Shown here piece after piece: positions 1 to 9,532 of a stretch of 64,000 nt of DNA (its first letter is position 1; each line of letters starts with the position of its first letter). The translations under genes and the position numbers were made by a program. Source of the DNA: Azolla caroliniana (taxonomy: Eukaryota; Plantae; Polypodiophyta); NCBI GenBank assembly GCA_043228905.1, contig JBHGNT010000001.1, positions 23,622,001-23,686,000 on the forward strand, in the 5' to 3' direction. The notes beneath the pieces were generated by a model. It was not told the DNA's origin and did no database searches. It saw only the letters and a program-made list of their open reading frames with translations.

Positions 1-389
1 ACGGATTCTGTGTTCTTCCTATTGTCTATGTTGTTAAGTGCAAGCTTCCTAATTTATAACTAAGTAACGATCACGGTAATTACCGATTAATATAGTATAA
101 TTCCGTTCGTAAAACACAATTACTTGTTAGAACGTTGGGTAGCGACGCTCACTCTTCTGTATCGGTAGTAGTTAGTAATTAGCCGATTAACAATCTAAAA
201 GTGCTAGGACAGGTACTAGGGGCGTACTTTTAGTACTAACAATGACTTGGGCTAGGAACAGATTGCTAACTTGCTTGGAAGGAATGGAACCACTAATGGG
301 CTCTACAGATCTAGGGTTGCTGTCCAACCAAATGGCTCCTATTTTGGCTGGACTCAATCGTTTAACTCTTCATCTAATTGACTAAGGAT

Positions 390-1512
390 TTAAAATTTGT
401 TTGAGATACTTGGGCTATTAGTACTATGAATACTATTTGACACTCTATTAGTACTATTAATACTATCAGACACTCCGAAGGGAAGAATTGACTTGGGTTT
501 AGTACAGGCGACGATTTGATTTACCTGTCTTCTTGGTCTATGGGGACAATTGATGGCGATATGCCTTGGTCCACCGCAATAAAGACATAATCAATTGGCA
601 CGTCGTCGTTGCTTTTCTTCTTCCGATAACGGGCCGCGTCGACGCATGGTGTCGATCTCCATCGGTGTCGGAATATTGGCTTGAGGTACGTCGCATGCAA
701 ATGGTTTAGCCGTGACTAAGGCGTATGTGGGTTCCGGCCGAGAGTGTGGTATTTGTAATTGACGTTCCGAACGCCATTCGAAAAGGCGGTTGTCGCATCG
801 GACCGCTCGACTGATTGCCTCCCGTAAGAGACTTTGGTTCTTCGGGGAAGGTTAAAAGCAAGTCTTTGACATCGTTGCGCAAGCCGTAGTGAAACTATTC
901 CATGAGGGCCTGATCATCCCAGGGGATATCTGAGGCAAGTAGACGGAAATTCGCCGCGTAGGCAGAGGCTAGACAATCGCCTTGACGCAATCTTCGGATT
1001 TTGTTGATCATCGCCCCGATGCTGTCGGTATCTCCAAAGCATGCTTTAAACTCACTAATAAAATCTTCAAAGTTATTAAGCAAGGGCGATTGTTTTTCTA
1101 GAAGCGGAGCGAACCATGCCAAGGCTGAGCCGCTAAGTAACGTGCCTATTAGGCCGACTCGAGATGCATCAGTGAGATATCGGGAAGGATGCATCTGGAT
1201 GACTAAGCGTACCTGATTAAGGAATCCCCGGAATTGCGATCGCGTTCCATCAAATTTCATAGGAAGTCCAATCTTGGGCTCTTTATGAAATCCTTGGGGA
1301 CTTGATCCTTGTTATTGCAACGCTGCTTCGAGTTGTTGTACCCATAACGCTAACTCCCCATGTTGTTGTCGCATTTGTTGTTTTTCTAGAGCGATTTGTT
1401 GCAGATCCCCTATCAACCGTTGGTTTTCTTGTTCGAGGGCAACAAACTTTTCTTTTAGACACTGTAGCTCAGAGAAAACGGATTGATATTCTTGGGCGCT
1501 AACAGTAGCCAT
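390..1512 (-). pseudogene. Disrupted gag (Ty3/gypsy capsid + CCHC knuckle)
   Basis: ORF pieces 1312-1551 and 895-1260 plus a downstream knuckle; in-frame stops break the frame. The lower boundary is approximate. Confidence 0.8.
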
Positions 1513-1582
1513 AGTATAGAAAAAGGATAGGAGGAGGAGGGAAAACGACAAGTAGACTTGAGGAAGGCAAATTGGTTCAAAC

Positions 1583-2027
1583 TGTCAGGAATGGTACTAA
1601 ACAGAGAGAGAATTAGTACTAGAGAAGAGAAGTACTATTAGTACTAAGAGGACGGGACTGCGTAAGATTCCCGAGAGAGGAAGAAAGAAGAGGAGAGAGA
1701 GAGAGATAGCGAGAATGAGAGAGAGAGAAAGATGATGACAACAACTAATATATTATGTGAAAGATAAGTACAAAGTGGCGAAGAGGCTTAAGACTGGCGT
1801 TGAATCAATTTGGTTCAAAACAATGCCTTGTGCCTCCTTTTATAGTGTTTTTAGGAATAATCCTAAAGCTTCTAGAATGTTCTAGAGAGATCTGGAATAT
1901 ACATCAATTTTCTATGATAAAACATAAATGAAAATAATATCTTACAAATTACAATTCATAGTCTAATGGTAAGAGCTCGATCCATGTAGCATAAGGTCAT
2001 GGGTTCGAGTCTTGCCATATCATGACA
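1583..2027 (-). repeat. 5' LTR of the Tcn1-like element
   Basis: Minus strand TGTCATGATATGGC...TCCTGACA; TATA (ctataaaa) near 1838-1845; followed by a non-tRNA PBS at 1568-1582. Confidence 0.85.
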
Positions 2028-5000
2028 CTCGCCCCCTCCAAATCCACACATCCTTCGGTATGTGTCGAAGTTCCCGATGTCTGTTGTTCGTCTTCATTCG
2101 TAGCACTTCCCAATTCCTCCGTTATATCAACTATCAATTGTAGATCACTTTCTTCGCTTTCTACATCACCACGAGCTTTGTCCGATTGCTCCTTGTTATC
2201 GGTTTTGTCTAAGCTTACATAAGGTTCGTCGTCAATCCGCTTCTTGAAGATCTTTACCAGTTTCCCCACTATAGGCACTCGTAGTATCGTTCAATCCAAC
2301 TGGCATAGTCGGTAAGTTCCATTGTCGAAAACTTTCCGAACCTTGTATGGCCCGAACCACCTTTTCGTGAACTTCCGTATCGTTGTATGTTGATGATCCA
2401 AACCACTATCATAGACAATCACCTAATCTCCTTCTTCAATCTTCCGTGGTCGTAGTCGGTGCTTTGTGTCAAACCAGCTTTTGTTCCGGAATCACGCTTC
2501 CTGTCGTCGGTGTGTTGCTTCAGCTATGTCTTCCGGTCTTCCTTCTAGTTGTCGTATCCGGACCGCTAGTAGTTCTTCCCGACTCATCTCTTCCTTCTAC
2601 GGTAGCATTGCCCATGTCGCAATTGCGGTTTCCGTCCCCATTACCGGTGCTTGTCCGGTCATGAGTTCGGCTGGCATAAAACCGGTCACAGAACTATGCG
2701 TCGTACGATCCGCCCATAATGCATACAGGAGCATCTGTAGCCAATCCTTCACCCTTCCGTCACATGTTTTGGCAAGTGCTTTGACGATCGGACTATGTCC
2801 TCGTTCGATTTTCCCGTTGGCCTCCGGATTGTATGCCGTTGCTAGTGTTAACCGAACTCCATGTTTGGTGAAGAATTCCCTAGCTTTATCAGAGTCGAGT
2901 TCTCCCCGATCTGCAATCGCTTGTCCTATGCACCCGTACCTACAAAAGACCTCCTCCAAAAGAAATTGGCATACCGCAGAACACGTTTTCCTTCGTAGCG
3001 CCCGACCTTCTACTTGGTTTGTGAGATCTTCCCGAGCTCACACCAAGTACTTCTTTTGTCCGATCCCGGTTGGCATGGCTACAATGTCGAACATCCATTT
3101 GAAGTTGATTGTCGATGAGAATGTCGGATGTAACTCATCTCGGTGTCGAACTCCGGAGTAGATTTGACACTTCTCACAGCTTTCCGTGAACTCCGCTATA
3201 TCTTTGTACATATTCTTCCACCAATATTTTTGTTTGATTTTCACAAAAGTTGCCCATGTTCCTCGATGTCCAGCCCAATCGGATTCGTGAAACTCGGACA
3301 TTATCCGGTTTCGTTGCTCTTTCGTCCCGACTACCCGAAGTGGTATGCCATCTGATCTTTTTGGCTCCCTCCATATTAATCCATTTTTCAAGAAGCACTT
3401 TTGGACTTGCCTCTTCTTCCTTCGGATCTCGGCTCTCTTCTCTTTATCGTCTGATGATTCCTCAATCTCTTGTAGCACCTTCCCGATCATCAAGCTTTCT
3501 CCCTCGTATTCTTCTTCTCGGAATTCTCGGATTACGTTTACTCGACATATGTGCTCCGAAGCAAAGTAGTCTTCAAAAACTTCTTCATTATCGGATTCGG
3601 TTATGTTGTCTCCGAACCAAGCCCTTGATAGCATATCGGCTACCGTGTTGTCTTTTCCGGAGATGTGTCGTACGTCCGACTTAAGCGACTTAACATATGC
3701 AATCCATCTTAGCATAGCCACATCTGGTATCGTGCAACACCGCATCATCCCAAGTATCGGAAGACAATCCGTTTCGATCACTACTTCGGCTCCGATCAAA
3801 TAATCTCAATCCGATTTGATTGCTAACACTACTCCCCATAATTCTCTTTTGACTTGTGCATATCCGCGTTGCCTTTCGTTGAGAACCTTTGCTCCGAATT
3901 GGATCGGATATCGCAAACCATCCGAGTTGGCTTGATTGATGACCCATCCGATCCCGATTGGACTTGTATCAACCGTTACTATGATCGGTTGCTCATAGCT
4001 CGGCTTCTTAAGTGCTTCAGCCCTTCGTAGTGTTTTCTTGAGCTTCTTCATGGTTTTGGTGTGTTCCGGTTTCCATTCGAACTTCTTCCCCTTCCGCAAT
4101 AAGTGATAGAGTGGGTCCGCAATATGTGCATAGTGCGGAATCCATATGTGATAAAATGCACAAGCTCCAAGAAACTTTCAAACTTTGGATTGTGACTCAC
4201 ATACTTCTTTCATAGCTTGAATCGCGTCGATCTTGGTTGGTGACGGTTTCGGCCGTAGGGCCCACATAGATGTCCAACTACCAATATCTCTTCTTGCCCG
4301 AATGCTGATTTCTTCTCGGAAAGTGTTAGGTGCACAACTTCTAACTTTCGAAGCACTTTCTCGCAATCACGAATATGGTCGACTACGAACTTTCGGCATC
4401 CTCGATCATCCATAGTTTCATCTTTTTCTTCTATCGCACATCCTTTCATCGGAATGTCATCTAGGAACGGCATCGTTATCTCCGGAATGCAATCTCAAAG
4501 CACCTTGTTCATCGCGTTCATCATATGTGCAACCAAGTTTGTTGCTCCTTGTGGTAGTGTGCACATTCGAACTAATCCTATCGGTGTCCGCATGGTAGTG
4601 ATGTCTCGGCTCTCCACGGCTAGTTGGAATTGGTCATACCCCGAGTATAGGTCTTCGATGGAGTATATCACACGACCGGCAAATGCTTCCGCAAATTCGT
4701 CCACTATCAAACCGACTCCGGAGTTCTAGATCGTGACCTTGTTCACCGGTTGCAAGTCTTGGATAAATCGGAGTGACCCATTCTTCTTCGGAACCGTAAA
4801 CCATCAATTTGAGTACGGAGCGTTTGATGGCTCTAGAATCCCCATCACCACCTTCTCCTTGAGCAAGTCGATGATTTTGGGAATATGCGCCCTCGGCACC
4901 GGAATCGGCTTCAGGTTCCACGACACATGGTCAATCGTGAAGATCACATCGGCTCCACTATCTTCAGATCAACGCACCCTATCTCCTTTGATGTGAATGC

Positions 5001-5629
5001 AAATGCTTTCCCATATTGTTCCAACATCCCACGGAATCGTTCTTCTTCATTTTGTAAAATGAAACCACCTCCACCGATCCAAAGTTTCTTCTGGGTCTCA
5101 TCCGTGAAGGCATGTCCGATATCCATGGACTTCCAAAGTGTCGAATCTCCCGAGACTTCTTTCCTCTTTTGCTTGCTATCGGCGGGTAACGGTCCCACGA
5201 CCGGTTTCACTTTCTTCTCCACGGTCTTGTATTTCGTACTTACCATTGCTTCTTCTTTGTGGAGTGCATCCGGACCCATTTTCGCAATGATCTCATCTCG
5301 TACATCTCGACCAATTCCACCGGGACTACCCGGTCTCCTTGGCTTTTATCCTCCACAAGCTCTTCAAGCCGTTGTAGTGTGCTCCCATAGAAGACTTCTT
5401 TGAATACCCCCACGATTTCTTCATATTCTTTTATTATTGATGCTGACCGCAACTTATCCTCTACTTTTCGGTATTCTTTCTTCTTTCCTCCGGTTACGAC
5501 TGTGTACGTAGATGCCCCATCCAGACCTATTCGTACTTGTTTTGCTCCAAGAGTTTTCTTCTTGTGTGGGGTATTAGGGCTTCTCAGACTATCACTTCCC
5601 CACTCCGCAACAGTCCGCTCTAAAAATCC
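2028..5629 (-). pseudogene. pol ORF2 (RT-RNaseH-integrase), in the -1 frame to ORF1, with multiple stops and frameshifts
   Basis: ORF fragments 5240-5452, 4944-5279, 4495-4710, 4210-4473, 3806-4099, 3038-3799, 2597-2959 and 1997-2278 carry RT/RH/INT motifs. Confidence 0.85.
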
Positions 5630-7375
5630 ACCCTTGTTTGGGACAAGAGCTCTCTCTTGTTCCTTTCATCATTTGCCAACACAGTTAGGAATTGGAAGGA
5701 TTTCCCTCCGCTTTGGCTCCGAATTCGTGCGAAAGCCGCACCGCTATCGAGCACCTTTGTCTCCATCCGTGAAGCCGTGATAAAGGGTTGCCCGAGGATC
5801 ACGGAATGTGAGACCTCGTCTTGTACGAAGAAATTTTGGTCGATCTCGACATCCCTGATCTTCACCGTCACATCCGGACAAGCCGCAAATAGATCTTCCA
5901 TTGCTTTAGTGGCTGCTCGGATCTTCCATCCATGGTTAGTGTTTATAGGCCACTTCCCCTTCCGATAGAACTCCTTGGACATCAAATTGATCTCCGATCC
6001 GTGATCAATCAATGCTAGCACGGGCTCTTTGATGTTGCCGATTCGGACCGGAGTCTCTGTAGTTGCACGTGCCCAGTGTGGCCTTGTGTGGTGGGAGTTT
6101 GGAATTTCGTCCTCCACTTCGGTGTCATTCATTAAAACCGTGTTCGCGTTTACCCTTGGAGCATTCCCCTCCATACTTTGTCTTTTTCTCTTCACGAGAC
6201 CCACAAGAAGATCATGGAACTCCTTCTTCACTATTCTGAGTAATTCCCGAAGCGAAAATTCCACCCGACTATCGAGGATTCTCTCCTCGAACACTTTTTT
6301 CAAGTCCGTTTGTTGTTCGATGTACTTGGAACTTGTGGGATGGTCATCTGACTTCTTCACCATCACGATTTTTAGATTCTCCATCTCCTTCAACAACTGC
6401 TCCACCGTGGTTGCGTCGATTCCCTTCTCGGTCGTAGTCTCCCGAGCCCGTGGTTTATGGTCTTCCAATCTGGATCTCGGTTTCAGAATCGGTTCCGAAA
6501 CCCTCTTTTCTTCGTTAACAAGCCATTGCCCCCTCTTTGTATATCATGTGACGATATCTCACACGTTATCCCATGTATCGGTGAGTCCACTCTTGGTGGT
6601 CGTGTTCTCCAGAAGCACTCTAAGGTCTTTCCGGTCCCAAACGTCCACAGCTCGTAGGAACATGATCACTTTATCCGGTGCGAGGATAGCTTGATCTCTC
6701 ACGGACAACCTCTCGAACCAACTTTCGAATGTTGAAAACACATCGAGGACCTTCATCCCCTTGTCCAGTGTTTCCACGCAATCGGTTTCACACGTTATCC
6801 CATGTATCGGTGAGTCCACTCTTGGTGGTCATGTTCTCCAGAAGCACTCCAAGGTCTTTCCGGTCCCAGACGTCCACAACTCGTAGGAACATGATCACTT
6901 TATCCGGTGCGAGGATAGCTTGATCTCTCGCGGACAACCTCCCAAACCGACTTTCGAATGTCGAAAACACATCGAGGACCTTCATCCCCTTGTCCAACGT
7001 TTCCATCCAATCTTCGAATCCTCTCCTCGTTGCCTTGGAGGAGTCCTTGATGGCGAACATGGTCTTTAGCGCCTCTTCAAATGCCTCCCACGTCAGATTT
7101 TGCTGTCGTATCCCGTGGATACTCCCTTGAAGCCCGTCGGTTGCCACCCGGTTGAAGGATGTCACTTGCAGTCCTTCTGAAATCCCACACCGTAGCATTT
7201 CCGCCTTGTAATCTCGCAAATATCGCGACACGTCTTTCCCGTTGAATTGTCCGTTCCGTTGCACGAGCCACTCTACTATCACCGCAATCTTCGACATCGC
7301 GCATTGTTCTTGTAGCATCCGCTCAAACATCGCCATCATGTTGTTATCCCCCGGTTGATTTTCCATCTCTGCCAC
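5620..7375 (-). pseudogene. gag-protease ORF1, with an internal duplication and loss of the knuckle region
   Basis: ORFs 6788-7375, 6559-6819 and 5620-6468, ending ...TRVDF-stop. Confidence 0.85.
6560..7006. repeat. ~229-bp direct tandem duplication inside gag
   Basis: cacacgttatcccatgtatcggtgagtccactcttggtgg... occurs at ~6560 and ~6789; the peptide ETLDKGMKVLDVF...GLTDTWDNV is repeated. Confidence 0.9.
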
Positions 7376-8069
7376 CCGGTTTCACGTCGGGTTCACCACT
7401 TGTGTCGTGCCTTTCGGCTCTGGATCGTTGTGTGAGTCGGGTGGGAACCACTGAGGTTTTGGACTAGGAGAAAGAAGAATACAATATAAGGCTAGTTATG
7501 AATAGGTAGAAAGAGAAGTAAGAAATAAAGCTTGTGAATCTCACGTTTTTAGTGTATTTAATCAATATTTAGATTGTAAGAAAGAGAATTTTGATGATAA
7601 ACTCATGAATCCCACGAATATATTAGATTGATCAATCCTTGTAAAAATAATCAACAACACCATACATCTTTCTCTCCTCCTTATATAAGGATGGAAGAGG
7701 CTAAGCATAGCTTCATGCTTTTTCTAAAGTGTTCATGCACACTAAATGTGCATGAGTTGCTTTTTACACTATGCTTTTATTTCCTAAATATAGTGCTCAT
7801 GCTCGCTAGATGTGCACGAGTAATTTTTTATTGGTGTACATTTTTCTTATAAATAAAGTATTCACGCATTCTAAAAATGCATGGCTTACCTTTTAATAAA
7901 GGTAGGCGTAAATAAAAGTCTTATACATATTAAATCTATATTTAAAACACTTAGGATAAGTTACTACAATGGTAAAGTTGGGGTTTGTCTACGTGGAGGT
8001 ACAAGGTTCAAATCTTGCCCTATGCATGTAACAATCTTTTCTTCTATTTACAAATTTATCTCTTCATCT

Positions 8070-8218
8070 GGTGAGAGACTCTCACCGGCCTTCTTTATCC
8101 GGCTCTTGCTGGTCTTGCTTGTGTAGAGAGTAGTGGCGTGACTCTTGACCTTTGAGTAATCATAGATTCTCAAAAGGTGTGTTCACACGTTGCACTATGT
8201 TGAGCTTGATTCTCAACA
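8070..8218 (-). repeat. Truncated Ty1/copia LTR 5' end
   Basis: The reverse complement begins TGTTGAGAATCAAGCTCAAC...GTGTGAAC...GGTCAAGAGTCAC, matching the LTR at 50798. The lower boundary is approximate. Confidence 0.7.
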
Positions 8219-9444
8219 CCGTCCATGTGCGAAACTTGATTACAAGAAGTTGGGACCATTCCGTATAGTTGAGTGCATTAATCTTGTCCCCTTCCAGCTG
8301 GCCCTTCCATCCCACTTCCGGATTCATGATGTTTTTCATGTCTCCCTCCTCGAGCCCGATTATCCTTCACAAATCCCAGGACGCCAGGCCCCTCCACCAC
8401 CCCTAGTGGAATTGACGACAGGCGAGGAATATTACCCACAAATCTTAGTGCAAAGAATCATTTGAAGCGGTTACGAAAGATTCAAGTTGAACTATCTACC
8501 CACCTACATCAAGCCCAACAAACACAAAAGGATTATGTGGATCGGCACTGATTTCCATCCTGTTTTGATATTGGAGATCGAGTATGGCTATTATGACGAC
8601 ACATAAAAACTCCTCGACCATGTGACAAATTGGATTATTGATGGTTAGGACCTTTTCGTATTAACGGAAAAATTAATGATGTCATTTTTCGCCTTGATCT
8701 ACCTCCGCAACTACGGATACATCCGGTATTTCATAGTTCTCTTTTAGAATCGTATCAAGACAACACTATTCCCAATCGTATTACACCACCTCCACCCCTG
8801 ATCGAACTTGAAGATAGACCTAAGTATGAGGTTGCTGTCATCCTTGATTCCAAGATTGTTCGCAACAAGCTCTACTATTTGGTCAATTGGCTAGGCTATA
8901 GTCTAAGCGAGTGTACTTGGGAATCAGTAGAGAATGTGGCCAATGCTCGAGCTCTTCTTGAAGACTTCCATTGTCAATATCCAGACAAACCAGGTCCTGA
9001 ATCAAAGTTGACTCGTAACCCTCGTCATTTAAGGGGGGGGATAATGTCATGATATGGCATGGTATGGCTCCAAAATGATTTGAACCCATGATCGTGTGTT
9101 ACATGGTTGAAGCCTTACATTAAACTATGCATTGTAATAAGAATGATATTATTTCCATTTATTATTTCACTATAGGAAATTCATGTATATTCCAGATTAC
9201 TTTGGAACATCCTAGAAACTTCAGGAGTACTCCTGATCGTACTATAAATAGAGGGAAATGGAATTATTTAGAACAATTTGGTTCAACGCCAATCTTAAGC
9301 CTCCTAATTGTTCTTGTATCCTTCTCACTTTCCACACCCTTTTTAGCTAAGCCAACCCAAATGGGTACCTTTGTATAAACTATAAATTGAGTAAGAAGTA
9401 ACAAGATAACTAGGCTGGTTTTGATCTCTTATGTGCATTTCACA
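8219..9444 (+). mobile_element. Tcn1-like chromovirus 3' end: two tandem integrase C-termini (GPY/F), chromodomain, PPT, 3' LTR
   Basis: KLDYKKLGPF..IHDVFHVSLL (8219-8430), then KLDY*WLGPF..IHPVFHSSLL; chromodomain YEVAVILDSKIVRNKLYYLVNWLGYSLSECTWE (8825-8930); PPT AAGGGGGGGG 9031-9040; LTR from 9045, end approximate. Confidence 0.85.
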
Positions 9445-9532
9445 ATATTCTAAAATCTGTCATTCTTGAAATTGGCCCAACAAATGTTGTGCAAGTATGT
9501 ATGGATAATGCATCAAATTGTGTGGCAACAAG

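Larger units (their letters stand above)
1..2027 (-). mobile_element. Ty3/gypsy chromovirus-type (Tcn1/Tf1-sushi-like) element, 5' part: LTR, PBS, degenerate gag; runs off the left edge
   Basis: LTR 1583-2027 has TGTCA...TGACA termini and is homologous to the LTR at 9045. Gag reads KFDGTRSQFRGFLNQV...LSGSALAWFAPLLE, with a CLYCGGPRHIAINC zinc knuckle near 550-595. Confidence 0.85.
2028..8033 (-). mobile_element. Ty3/gypsy non-chromovirus element (tRNA-Trp primed), gag-PR / RT-RH-INT, degenerate
   Basis: PBS TGGTGAACCCGACGTGA at 7382-7398; gag 7375-6470; protease ALIDHGSEINL; RT PFLDDIP; RNase H TVDTSPIGIG; integrase H..GH..CEKC, ADRGE, NGKIER; PPT GGAGGGGGCGAG at 2028-2039. The 5' LTR starts at 7403; its far end (~8033) is uncertain and may be composite. 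Confidence 0.88.

Noticed and set aside
1955-2020. Functional tRNA gene
   Set aside because: A/B boxes are present, but the acceptor and anticodon stems do not pair; kept only as a tRNA-like module.
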